From Trueperaceae bacterium (GTDB taxonomy: Bacteria > Deinococcota > Deinococci > Deinococcales > Trueperaceae), in assembly GCA_965213705.1 (NCBI GenBank), contig OZ243913.1, forward strand, positions 2,656,001-2,720,000: 64,000 nt of DNA, written 5' to 3'. The position numbers and the translations under genes are program-made. Below, piece after piece: positions 53,281-62,790 of this stretch. Numbering within the stretch: position 1 is the first letter of the stretch; each line of letters starts with the position of its first letter. The notes under the pieces were generated by a model. It was given only the letters and a program-made list of their open reading frames with translations, had not been told where the DNA came from and searched no databases.

Positions 53281-53694
53281 CTACGCAAACCAGTTTTCCA
53301 CCTCTAACCCCTCAAAAGGTTCAAAGTCTCGGACATTACGCGTGACCAGACTTAGGCCGTTGGTTGCGGCGATGGCGGCGATTTGGCCGTCAACAAAACT
53401 TACCGGCTGCCCGAGGCGCTCGAGTCTGGTGCGCTCCTTAGCCTGCCACCTCGCAGCTTTGTCGTCATAGGCCAGCTTGGGGAAACTCGGGTCGACGCTG
53501 TCAAAAAGGTAGCGCTCCAACGTTCTCTTCTTTTTGCCCTCGTCCATGCGGTAAAAACCGTAAAGAAGTTCGTGCCAGACAGGTGTAGCAATGGCGCACT
53601 CTCTTTCAAACGTCCGGAGTTTATTCTGCACGGCTTCGTTCGGTTGCGGACGCACAAGTTCAGAGAGAACATTGGTGTCTAATAAGTAGGTCAA
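53281..53694 (-). CDS. vapC: VapC PIN-domain toxin
   Basis: YLLDTNVLSE, ELLYG, DGQIAAIA, LVTRNVRDF. Confidence 0.93.
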   Translation of the reverse strand: MTYLLDTNVLSELVRPQPNEAVQNKLRTFERECAIATPVWHELLYGFYRMDEGKKKRTLERYLFDSVDPSFPKLAYDDKAARWQAKERTRLERLGQPVSFVDGQIAAIAATNGLSLVTRNVRDFEPFEGLEVENWFA

Positions 53695-53957
53695 AAGACA
53701 ACCACTCGACCCGTGCCTTCGTCCCGCAGATGGTCGAAATCGTCTTCTTCCAAAGGCATAAAGTCGGCAGACTCTCGCAAAGCGCGTACTTTGTGCGTGA
53801 AGCCGGGGCGCACAGCCGTGAGGTTTTCATAATCGTCTGCAGCGATAAGCACCGCCACCCTTTTCCCGTGGCGTGTAACCTCGATGGTGTTTCCCTTTTC
53901 GACCTCACGAAGTGCTTGGGTCAAACGGGCTTTCAACTCGGAAACAGCGTATTTCAT
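53691..53957 (-). CDS. Phd/YefM-family antitoxin
   Basis: VSELKARL...IEVTRHGKRVAVLI. Confidence 0.92.
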   Translation of the reverse strand: MKYAVSELKARLTQALREVEKGNTIEVTRHGKRVAVLIAADDYENLTAVRPGFTHKVRALRESADFMPLEEDDFDHLRDEGTGRVVVF

Positions 53958-54088
53958 GCTTTAGAGTAGCACAATTATGGTCATTTTTCTAGCTTTGTGA
54001 CTATTTTTGAAAAAGGGCTCGAGCCCCCCAGCCTCTTTTTCAGCCCAAATCTCGGCTCGAGCCCATTCTCGAGCGTGCCAAACTCACC

Positions 54089-54270
54089 ATGAACACATCC
54101 AACTCCGTAGAATTCCTCAACTTTCTAAAGCGCAGCGGCGAAAACTGCTCGCGCAACAAGCCGAAGAGGTTGCTCACTTGTACCAACCTGGTAGCGAACT
54201 GCTCGAGTGGACAGAGAACTACGCGGAGGGTGCGCCGAGGCATGACCCCCTCACCCAAACGAGGGAATAG
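54089..54270 (+). pseudogene. Degenerate TA module: frameshifted antitoxin-like ORF plus MazF/PemK-like N-terminal stub
   Basis: MNTSNSVEFL / LSKAQRRKLLAQQAEE in different frames; MTPSPKRG at 54242 cut off near GCTCGAGC. Confidence 0.45.
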
Positions 54271-54280
54271 ACGCTCGAGC

Positions 54281-54541
54281 CTACTTAGAAACCAGCGGGT
54301 ACTTTTCCGGCTCGAGAATCATCGCCAAGTTCAGGTCAATATCCAAGTCGGGCCAGTAAAGGTGTTCGGGCGCTTCTTCAACGACGTTCAAAATCTCTTT
54401 GACCTTTGCCTCTTTGAACCAAGGGAAATGTTCGTAGGGTAAAAAATACTCCTGAGCGTTCCAGTCAAGCCACACGCCGTGCTGACTAATATCAAGGATT
54501 TCCAAAGTGTTTTTCCCAAGCGTCGCGGATGACATGTTCAT
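54281..54541 (-). CDS. DUF2442-family protein
   Basis: FLPYEHFPWF..A, HLYWPDLDIDL. Confidence 0.88.
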   Translation of the reverse strand: MNMSSATLGKNTLEILDISQHGVWLDWNAQEYFLPYEHFPWFKEAKVKEILNVVEEAPEHLYWPDLDIDLNLAMILEPEKYPLVSK

Positions 54542-54734
54542 TCCTCCTCACCAGCTCTTGAAGCTCGTTGAGTTGCTTTTTGTTAAGTCCTGTGTAATTC
54601 GCCAAGGCCACGGTCGGCTCGAGCCAAAATTTAGCCTCTCCTTCAGGACTGCGGACGTGAACGTGCAGTCGCGCTTCTTCGCGAAAAAAGAAGAAAAAGC
54701 GGTAGGGACCATGTCGCAAAACGGTGGGGCTCAC
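54492..54734 (-). CDS. DUF4160-family protein
   Basis: PTVLRHGPYRFFFF..E..HVHV, EAKFWLEP. Confidence 0.88.
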   Translation of the reverse strand: MSPTVLRHGPYRFFFFFREEARLHVHVRSPEGEAKFWLEPTVALANYTGLNKKQLNELQELVRRNEHVIRDAWEKHFGNP

Positions 54735-54857
54735 GTGAGGCTAGTTTACTACACGTTTTCAGCGGCTGAGGGTCGGTACGGAGGGCTTGCGCCCCCAGCC
54801 TCTTTCTCAGCCTCAAGCGCGGCTCGAGCCCAACCCAGAGCGTGCTAAACTCACACC

Positions 54858-55076
54858 ATGCTCGAGTGGTCAAGCTGCCCCGCCGTCGAACGCAACCCAG
54901 ATAAACTGAGTGGCGCTTGGGTGTTCAAGGGCTCGCGCGTACCGGTCAAAGCTTTGTTCGAAAATCTCGAGGACGGCGCGAGCGTAGAAGATTTTTTGAC
55001 GTGGTTTCCCGGTGTGAGCAAAGCTCAAATAGACGCCGTTCTAGAACATGCCAGCCACAGCCTAGAAGCAGCTTAA
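54858..55076 (+). CDS. DUF433-family antitoxin-like protein
   Basis: PDKLSGAWVFKGSRVPV..LFENLEDG..FPGV. Confidence 0.88.
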   Translation: MLEWSSCPAVERNPDKLSGAWVFKGSRVPVKALFENLEDGASVEDFLTWFPGVSKAQIDAVLEHASHSLEAA

Positions 55077-55079
55077 AGG

Positions 55080-55200
55080 ATGAAGTTTTGTTCGACCAGG
55101 GTATGCCTTTACAAAAGCGCTTGCTTCGAGGTTTCTACGGCGTTTGAATTGGGTTGGAACGAACTGAGAAACGGCGAACCTACCGGAGCGGCTGAGTGCT
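55080..55200 (+). pseudogene. Degraded PIN-like (DUF5615-type) toxin partner
   Basis: VLFDQGMP and EVSTAFELGWNELRNGE in different frames. Confidence 0.55.
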
Positions 55201-55412
55201 ATAAGAGCACAGCCCCGACGTTGACGTTTGGCGAAGCTGGAACACGTTATCGGTTTTCGCATAAGATAGTCCGGTATGCAGCGGTAACGCCCTGGTACAA
55301 GTCGCATGGCTTCTTCAAGAACCAGGCGCTGTTCTAAACTATCTTCCACGACACTTTACGCCGGCACGCTTTTCCTTGCCCACCCAAGTTGCACCTGCAG
55401 GTCCGGGAACCG

Positions 55413-55442
55413 TTGACATGGTTCGTGAAGGACTTGTATACT
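55413..55442 (+). promoter_or_regulatory. Sigma-70 promoter of the tRNA cluster
   Basis: TTGACA-18 bp-TATACT. Confidence 0.8.
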
Positions 55443-55456
55443 CTGTGAGCTAACCC

Positions 55457-55547
55457 GGAGGGTTGGCAGAGCGGTTGAACGCGGCGGTCTTGAAAACCGT
55501 TATAGGGTTTCGCCCTATCGGGGGTTCGAATCCCTCACCCTCCGCCA
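55457..55547 (+). tRNA. tRNA-Ser(TGA)
   Basis: Cloverleaf, long variable arm, anticodon loop CTTGAAA, encoded CCA. Confidence 0.96.
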
Positions 55548-55606
55548 TCCTGTACAAAAGCGTAGCGGCTACGGGGTCGGAAGGTTTCTGCAAGGCTGTT
55601 TACGTT

Positions 55607-55699
55607 GGAGGGGTGGCCGAGCGGCTGAAGGCGCTCCCCTGCTAAGGGAGTATAGGGCCAAAAGCTCTATCGAGGGTTCGAATCCCTCCTCCTCCGCCA
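55607..55699 (+). tRNA. tRNA-Ser(GCT)
   Basis: Cloverleaf, long variable arm, loop CTGCTAA, encoded CCA. Confidence 0.96.
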
Positions 55700-55787
55700 C
55701 ATTACCGGCAGCATCAACGTCGTGTTTGCTGATACCGTTGGTAATATTGAGCTTTGCTTATAGGAAAAGAGGCAACACCCGGTACAC

Positions 55788-55864
<77 letters not shown>

Positions 55865-56364
55865 GAAAAGCAAGACTGGCACGAAGAAACCCCCGCTGTG
55901 AGCTTACGGCCATAGCGGGGATTCACCTTTGGGTTTCCGTTGCGCTTCAAATCGAGAGCATTTTTTCTAAGGACAAACTGTCTCCATGTGAAGCCTCGCG
56001 GAGAATATGAAGGTAGACGGCCTCAGTCGTTCGCATCGCCCCGTGGCCGAGCCAGCGCGACACCCACCTGATTTTCAGCGCCCTGTCGCTGGCGACGGCG
56101 CCCGTTTTGCTGTTCTGTTTCGTGCTTCAGCGGCAGGCCATTGGGGGGGCTGACGGGGGGTTCGCTCGAGAAGCAACGTCTGTGCGAGTCACCCTTTTCA
56201 CCCGAGCCCGTTTTCAGTGTGCGCTTGACGCAGCCGAGCTTTTCAAAGATGATGAACGCTATGCGCCTGAAACTCGTTTGGTTCGCTGCCGTGCTCGAGC
56301 CAGAAAGCCTACAGCTCGGGGCTGCTGTGGGTTCCAACACCACAGTTCGTACCAAAGTGAGACC

Positions 56365-57276
56365 ATGCCGAGGCGGCTCGAGCCGAACAGCGAACGCACC
56401 GTGAAGACCGACCCCCAAACCTCAGCACCGAACTGGCACCCCGCCTGGTGCGATGTCGGCGGCATTCGCACACGCTACGCCGTCGCGGGCGACCCGCAGC
56501 GTCCGCCCGTCGTGTTGCTGCACGGCATCGGCCGCAGTCTGGAAGACTGGTCGGCGACGGCGGCGCTCGCAGAGCGCTACCGCGTTTACACCTTGGACCT
56601 GGTCGGCTTCGGTTACACCGACAAACCGCGCGGACCTTACTCGTTGGCGAGTTTGGCCGCGTTCGTTGAACGGTTTTTGGATGTTTTGGCGGTCGCGCAA
56701 TCCGTTGTTCTGGTCGGAAACTCGCTGGGGGGCGCGGTGGCGCAAATTTTCGCAGCCACGCAGCCGGAGCGGGTGCGCGGCCTCGTGTTGGTTGCCAGCG
56801 CGGGGTTCGGGTCGGAGGTCACGCTGGCGCTGCGACTTGTTACGGTGCCCGGTTTGGGCGAGTTGCTGCTGCGACCCTCGCGGCACAGCGCTAAAAACAC
56901 GGTCTCGAGCCTGTTCTACGACCCGAGTTTCGTTACCGACGAGCGTGTCGAGCACGCCTTGAGTTTGGCGCGGCAACCCGGCGCGGCGCGGGCTTTTTTG
57001 AGCGTGGCGCGCGCCCTCGGCAACCCGCGCGGCGTTAAAGCGGCGTGGCGTGAGGACCTCAGCCACCGCCTCGCCGCGCACAGGCTGCCCACGCTTCTCA
57101 TGTGGGGCGAGTACGACCGAGTGTTGCCGGCGCTGCACTTAGAGGCGGCTGCCGAACTCTACCCGCACGCGACGACCCACCTGTTTCCAGACACAGGGCA
57201 CGTACCCCAGCTCGAGCAGGCCGCCGACTTCAACGCCCGCACCTTGACTTTTTTAGGCGCGCTGGACCTTCAGTAG
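56365..57276 (+). CDS. Alpha/beta fold hydrolase
   Basis: LLHGIG, DLVGFG, GNSLGG, WGEYD, GHVPQLE; start 56365 or 56401. Confidence 0.9.
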   Translation: MPRRLEPNSERTVKTDPQTSAPNWHPAWCDVGGIRTRYAVAGDPQRPPVVLLHGIGRSLEDWSATAALAERYRVYTLDLVGFGYTDKPRGPYSLASLAAFVERFLDVLAVAQSVVLVGNSLGGAVAQIFAATQPERVRGLVLVASAGFGSEVTLALRLVTVPGLGELLLRPSRHSAKNTVSSLFYDPSFVTDERVEHALSLARQPGAARAFLSVARALGNPRGVKAAWREDLSHRLAAHRLPTLLMWGEYDRVLPALHLEAAAELYPHATTHLFPDTGHVPQLEQAADFNARTLTFLGALDLQ

Positions 57277-57711
57277 AGGGGATAGGGCTCGAGGTTGGGT
57301 CGTGACGGCGTGATTTGCAAAACTGTTAAAACCGCTCCAGGACGCTCAGCAAGACACAAAAAGGGAGTTGAAACTTTTTATGCAGCGGCCGACCCAAACG
57401 AGCGTCCAAACACTCGTAGCTTGACCTTCCAACTCAACCTTCGTCGATGAGCTGTTGGACAAGCGGTGGGTAGAGGGCCACGTCGGCACTTGTCAGCGGC
57501 TCGCCGGCAACATTTCACACAAGCACCACGCCGAGTTGAGCTGCACTGAGACTGCCCCGGACTTTGGCGGGGTCGCACACAGTAAAGACCTCGTCGGGGT
57601 CGTTGACCTCAAAACTCAGAGGTGAGTTCCGAGGTAGGTCTCCGGTTTCAGGCGTTCACCCCTAAGCAGAGGCTTTCGTCGGCAAGGTCGGTCAGGTGAA
57701 AGCCCGCGGCA

Positions 57712-58749
57712 CTACTCTTCCGGCAACCTGAAAGCAAGCGTTTCGCTGCCCGCCTCAGCACGTTTTCCCCTGAACGAAGCAACTTCTCTGAACTCGTCTT
57801 TGGTGTCTGCGTAAAGAACTCTCACCAACGGATTTCCGAGTTTTGCAGACCATTCGAGCCTCAAGCTGTTCAGCCCCGGCACCACATACGCGGCGACGTC
57901 CAGGTCGGTCGTGCCTGCAAAGTCCCCGACTTTTTGGTCGTTGATAAAAATAGCGATGGTATCGCCCCCCGTCACCACGCTGAGCAAGGTTTGTTTGTCG
58001 ACCGAGCCGTAACTGGGTTTTGGGTCCGCGCTGTCGGGCGTTGTGGACGACAGGTCGGGCAGGGTAAAACTCAGGGTCTTTGACGTTGCTTCTCCCTCAG
58101 CGCCCAGAGCCGCATCAAAGGACAGCAGCTCACGGAACAAGTTAAGCTCTTCGGCGTAGTCGACGCTCAGCACGGCGCGCCCGACCGCGTCGCCCTCGAG
58201 CCTCAACTCGTTCTCGCCGGGCTTGACCAATCGGCTCAGGTCATAATCGAAACCGCCGGTAAACTCGCCGACAAATTGGTCGTTTATGTAAACGGCGAGC
58301 GGCTCCCCATTAATCTGCAAAATGTTGAGTAGAGTTTGCTCATCTCTGGAGCCGGGGCGCGGCATCTTTTCAGGCTCGAACATCCTAAAGCGTATTGTCT
58401 TGCTGTTTGCTCTTTTTAACTCCGCGCTTTTGACGTCGATTTGTGCTATTTCGGCAAAAGCCCCCGCCTCGGCGGCGTGGGACAAGTGCGCCTCGTAGAG
58501 CCTGCCCACGGGCGCGTCCCAGGACAGTTCAAAGGTGTTTTCGCCAGGGGTCAAGAGGTCGCTCACGTCCTGACGAACGTTGTCCTCGAAAGGTCCCAGT
58601 TTCTCACCGTTTAGGGTCACGTAGACCTCACCCCCTCTGGGGGCCATGTTGACGATAAGCAGCGTCTGTCCGTTGAAAGCAGCGTCGCCGGTCTGGGCGA
58701 GTGCCAGACCCACAAGGGCGAGCAAGAGGCAGAAAACGTGCTTGGGCAT
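57712..58749 (-). CDS. Secreted protein with three similar beta-sandwich repeats
   Basis: Signal peptide; three units QTLL..V/IN..G.F...D.S....PG.N...L.W. Confidence 0.75.
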   Translation of the reverse strand: MPKHVFCLLLALVGLALAQTGDAAFNGQTLLIVNMAPRGGEVYVTLNGEKLGPFEDNVRQDVSDLLTPGENTFELSWDAPVGRLYEAHLSHAAEAGAFAEIAQIDVKSAELKRANSKTIRFRMFEPEKMPRPGSRDEQTLLNILQINGEPLAVYINDQFVGEFTGGFDYDLSRLVKPGENELRLEGDAVGRAVLSVDYAEELNLFRELLSFDAALGAEGEATSKTLSFTLPDLSSTTPDSADPKPSYGSVDKQTLLSVVTGGDTIAIFINDQKVGDFAGTTDLDVAAYVVPGLNSLRLEWSAKLGNPLVRVLYADTKDEFREVASFRGKRAEAGSETLAFRLPEE

Positions 58750-59325
58750 GGCGCGAGTTTAGCAAAAAAGTCGACAGCGAAGCTGACGCTCGGCTCTCAG
58801 GTGTCTACCTCAGCCGCGAGCCAGTTGAGATACGGCTGTTTGTCCCGTTCTCGCTTGGCTCGAGCGGCTTCGCCCTCTCCCAAGTCGGGGTGTTCCGTTC
58901 ATCATGTCCCTGAAAAGCCGACATGAAGTCGAAAGTTGTCGCCAAGGTGGCAGGCGAGTTTCGCTGAGCGCGTCTTGGGCGGCTCGAACGCAGGCTCGAG
59001 CCGGAGCGTTTTGCAAGCCAGGCCGGGGGTGGAACAGCAAAAAAACTGCTGGGTGACCGAAGAAAACTCTTTTTCGCGGGTCGCTTTGAACCAAGGTAAA
59101 AAGGCAAAATAGTCTCGAGACGAAGGTGCTCACCTAGAGTGTTGGAGCGAACCGACCCTGTCTTCTTTTTCTGTAAGGGTGTCGACCCTAGCAGCAAGAT
59201 CTTGCTGCTACGGCACCGACACCGTGCCGCGGCACGTGCCGAACAGCACTTACGTCTGTGCCGTCACGCTGCCTATGCTGCCTCTGTGACGCTGTCATCA
59301 ACACGTCACATGAAAGGAGCGTTTT

Positions 59326-60843
59326 ATGTTGAACCCACTGCAGCTAAGGCGTAGACCGCAAGAAGACGTCAAGTTTGAGATGGGTGAAGTTGAAAGGTGG
59401 CTGACGTTGGCTACCGGTTTCGCGTTGCTCACCTTGTCAAACGGACGCTTTGCCGTACCGATAGCTGCTTGGCTCGCCCCTATTTTTCTCCTGCGCTTCA
59501 TGCGTGGCGGCGCAAGGCGGGGTTTGCTTGTCTACGGCGTGCTGTTCGTCAGCTTTATGGTGATGTGGCCCGGCTGGATTCCCGTACCCCCTGCCATGTT
59601 TTTGGTCATGGCAGCCAGCCTCAGTCTTTTTCAACTTTTACCGTTTCTCATAGATAGCTGGCTCAGCCGCAGACTACCTGCTTTTGCCGCCACCCTTGTT
59701 TTGCCGACGGCTACTGTTGCCCTTAACTACACCATGTCTACATTTTCACCCTACGGTACAAACGCAGATATCGCCTATTCGCAGGCGGGTGTGCTCGAGC
59801 TGACCCAACTGCTCTCTGTTACAGGTATTCACGGCGTGACCTTTTTACTGTACTGGTTTGCCGCCACGGTAGCCGGTGTCTGGGCGGACGGCTTGAGCCG
59901 CCCTTGTTACCCCCGCATGCTGACGATGCTCGGGTGTCTCGCCGCCCTTTTTATCGCGGGCGGCTTGCGTAGCGAGCTACCGGCACCGGCTGAAACGGTT
60001 CGTGTCGCGGCTGTCGTGAGCGACCAGGGTGCGCTTTACGAAGCTATCGGCGCAACCGGCTTCGACCTTCACGCGGCTACGCCGACGCCGCCGGAGGTGC
60101 GTTTACTGATCGAGGCGCATCACGACGACCTGTTCGAGCGTAGCGAACGAGAGGCCAGGGCAGGCGCGAAGATCATCGCCTGGGCTGAGGGGGACGCTCT
60201 CGTACGCCGAGGGGAAGAAGCGGCGATGTTTGGGCGTGCCGCCGCACTCTCTAAGCGCTATGAGATTTACTTGATCGTCGCCGCTGCAACCGTCGTTCCC
60301 GGTCAACCGCTGGTCGAAAACAAACTGGTGACGTTTGGTCCTAGCGGCGCGCAAATCGGTGAGTACTTTAAGACGAAGATCGTTCCAGGAGATACGAATG
60401 TGGTAGGCGACGGCAACATGCTCGTGCTAGACACCGCGTACGGCCGTATTGCCCAAGCTATCTGTTTCGACCTGGACTTTCCCGCGTTTGCCCGTCAAGC
60501 AGGGGCTGCGGACGCTGACATAATTATTGCGCCCTCGAGCGATTGGCAGGCCATCAACCCGTACCACAGCTTGATGGCCTCTTTTCGCGGCGTCGAAAAC
60601 GGCGCTTCGGTCGTGAGGCCCACCCACCGTGGCCGCTCGCTCGCCAGCGATTATCAGGGCCGCGTTTTAGCGCAAACCGACTACTTTCAGACCACACCGC
60701 CCACGATGGTCGCGGACGTCCCTATCCAGGGGGTAAAGACCCTTTATGCCCGCTTCGGTGACTGGTTTGCCTGGCTCAGTATAATCGTCTTAGTCGGATT
60801 GACCCTTTGGGCGCGCCAAACACCTGTTGCCATGACAAGGTGA
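59326..60843 (+). CDS. Membrane nitrilase-superfamily protein (Lnt-like)
   Basis: Multiple TM helices plus CN-hydrolase E-K-C triad (WAEG, YFKTK, ICFD). Confidence 0.85.
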   Translation: MLNPLQLRRRPQEDVKFEMGEVERWLTLATGFALLTLSNGRFAVPIAAWLAPIFLLRFMRGGARRGLLVYGVLFVSFMVMWPGWIPVPPAMFLVMAASLSLFQLLPFLIDSWLSRRLPAFAATLVLPTATVALNYTMSTFSPYGTNADIAYSQAGVLELTQLLSVTGIHGVTFLLYWFAATVAGVWADGLSRPCYPRMLTMLGCLAALFIAGGLRSELPAPAETVRVAAVVSDQGALYEAIGATGFDLHAATPTPPEVRLLIEAHHDDLFERSEREARAGAKIIAWAEGDALVRRGEEAAMFGRAAALSKRYEIYLIVAAATVVPGQPLVENKLVTFGPSGAQIGEYFKTKIVPGDTNVVGDGNMLVLDTAYGRIAQAICFDLDFPAFARQAGAADADIIIAPSSDWQAINPYHSLMASFRGVENGASVVRPTHRGRSLASDYQGRVLAQTDYFQTTPPTMVADVPIQGVKTLYARFGDWFAWLSIIVLVGLTLWARQTPVAMTR

Positions 60844-60923
60844 GGGCTCGAGCCTTCAACCTGAACCGCTAATCGCGGCGTCGCGACAGGTTCACTAGAC
60901 CACTCGGAGAGGCTGACAGTCTG

Positions 60924-62156
60924 ATGATCAAACCACCCTTGCTTGCGCGCGCCGTGCTCAACGCCCGCACGCTGGCCTTTCTGCTCGTCGGCGCAGGGAT
61001 TTTCGGCATTGTGGCGAGTATGGTGCCGACGCTTTTTATGGCGTCACTTGCGCCTGCAACCCTTTACGCAGCGGTTTTGCTGAGCGCCTGCTTGTGCTGG
61101 GCGCTCATACTCGCCGTTTTATCGCAACACCGGGCTCTGCGGCTGCACCTGACGCTTTTAGGGGGCGCGGCTTGCATCGTCGCGATGTTCTGGCTTCAAC
61201 CCGAACAGTTCGGTAACGTGTTCATCTTCTTTTTTATGTTGGGGGGCGTTGCCGCCGTGCTATTGCCGTTACCACAAGCGTTGCCTTGGGAAGTCCTTTT
61301 TTATCTACTGACCCTGCTCAATGCTTGGCTGGCCTTTGGGCTCGGCGGTTTGTCGGGTTGGTACGGAGCAGTTGGGGCGTATATTTTTTTCGGGATTTTT
61401 GGTTTCATCCTTCAGCAAGCGGATAGCAACTTTAGGCGCAATTTGGAACTGTACGACGAATTGCAAGGCGCACATGAGCAGCTGCGGCGCTACGCGCAGC
61501 AAGAGCAGCAGCTCGCCGTCGCCGAGGAACGCAACCGTTTAGCGCGTGAGATGCACGATTCGTTGGGGCACCAGTTGACCGTCGTGATGATGCAACTGGA
61601 GGGGGCGCAGCGCCTCGCACAAAGCGACCCGGCGCACGCGGCCCAGCTCACTACCAGCGTGCGTCGGCAGCTCAAAGAGGCGATGAACGAACTGCGCAAC
61701 CTGCTCAACACCTTGCGCACTTCCCCCGAGGACGACGGGAGTAACACCTCACTACCCAAAAAGGATACAGCAGCGAGTCTCGAGCACCTCATCGACACGT
61801 TCGCCCTGGCGACAGGTTTGAACATCACCCTGCAAGCGGCGGCGTTACCAACCCTACCCCCTGCCGTTGCACAAGCCATCTACCGAACGGTACAAGAAGG
61901 TCTCACCAACGTCCACCGACACGCGTCCGCAGAGCGGGCGTGGGTCACCCTGGAACATTCGGACGATGTGCTTGGGGTGCGCGTAGAGGATGACGGCGTA
62001 GGGTTTGGCTCGAGCGAGAAAGACGGCTCGTTTGGTCTTGTCGGCTTGCAAGAGAGAGCGGCGGTGCTAGGGGGCACCCTGACCCTCGCGGCGCGGGCGG
62101 GAGGCGGAACCATCCTCCGTTTCGACCTCAAAGACGTGCGGGGCAAGCGTGAATAA
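60924..62156 (+). CDS. Sensor histidine kinase (HisKA_3)
   Basis: EERNRLAREMHDSLGH, QEGLTNVHRHA, DDGVGF, GLVGLQER. Confidence 0.93.
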   Translation: MIKPPLLARAVLNARTLAFLLVGAGIFGIVASMVPTLFMASLAPATLYAAVLLSACLCWALILAVLSQHRALRLHLTLLGGAACIVAMFWLQPEQFGNVFIFFFMLGGVAAVLLPLPQALPWEVLFYLLTLLNAWLAFGLGGLSGWYGAVGAYIFFGIFGFILQQADSNFRRNLELYDELQGAHEQLRRYAQQEQQLAVAEERNRLAREMHDSLGHQLTVVMMQLEGAQRLAQSDPAHAAQLTTSVRRQLKEAMNELRNLLNTLRTSPEDDGSNTSLPKKDTAASLEHLIDTFALATGLNITLQAAALPTLPPAVAQAIYRTVQEGLTNVHRHASAERAWVTLEHSDDVLGVRVEDDGVGFGSSEKDGSFGLVGLQERAAVLGGTLTLAARAGGGTILRFDLKDVRGKRE

Positions 62157-62790
62157 AATCCGGGTCATGATTGTCGACGACCAGAGACTAATTCGCCAAG
62201 GTCTCAAGATGCTCCTCGAACTCGAGCCCGACATCACCGTTGTCGCTGAGGCTGAAAACGGCCAGGACGCGCTTAACCTGTTCTCCCGAACCAACCCTGA
62301 TGTCGTTTTGATGGACGTGCAAATGCCTATCTTGGACGGGGTGAAAGCAACGCGCGTACTCACAAAACGCTTCCCCGACACTAACGTTATTGTGCTGACC
62401 ACCTTTAACAAAGACCACTACGTGGTAGAAGCGGTGCAGGCGGGTGCCAAAGGCTTTTTACTCAAAGACAGTTCCGGTGAAGAGATTGCCGCAGCCGTTC
62501 GCGCTGTCAGGCAGGGCCAAGCGATGATCGACCCAGCGGCCGCCAACGCCCTTTTCGAGGCCGTTTCTCACGCCGCGCCACCCTTACAACCGCTGACGGA
62601 AGCTCTTTCAAGCAAAGAGATAGCCGTTTTGCGGCTGGTCGCGGACGGTATGACGAACGCCCAGGTTGCGGCCGAACTCAGACTTGCCGACGGGACGGTG
62701 AAGAATTACGTCAGCGCTATTATTCAAAAAACGGCAAGCCGAGACCGCACCGAAGCCGCCGTCAAAGCGCGTACGCTGGGGTTGATTTGA
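62149..62790 (+). CDS. NarL/LuxR-family response regulator
   Basis: IVDDQ, LMDVQMP, GFLLKD, C-terminal LuxR HTH. Confidence 0.94.
   Translation: MNKIRVMIVDDQRLIRQGLKMLLELEPDITVVAEAENGQDALNLFSRTNPDVVLMDVQMPILDGVKATRVLTKRFPDTNVIVLTTFNKDHYVVEAVQAGAKGFLLKDSSGEEIAAAVRAVRQGQAMIDPAAANALFEAVSHAAPPLQPLTEALSSKEIAVLRLVADGMTNAQVAAELRLADGTVKNYVSAIIQKTASRDRTEAAVKARTLGLI

Larger units (their letters stand above)
52780..54831 (+). repeat. Four dispersed ~49-bp direct repeats separating TA modules
   Basis: Copies at 52780-52828, 53234-53281, 54016-54063 and 54784-54830; core CAGCCTCTTTTTCAGCCC..AAG..GGCTCGAGCC. Confidence 0.85.

Noticed and set aside
52780..54831. CRISPR or classical integron interpretation of the 49-bp repeats
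   Set aside because: Spacing is gene-sized and irregular; no attC RYYYAAC/GTTRRRY ends and no integrase in the window.
57300..57700. Short ORFs between the hydrolase and the repeat protein
   Set aside because: No supportable start or similarity; possibly decayed DNA.
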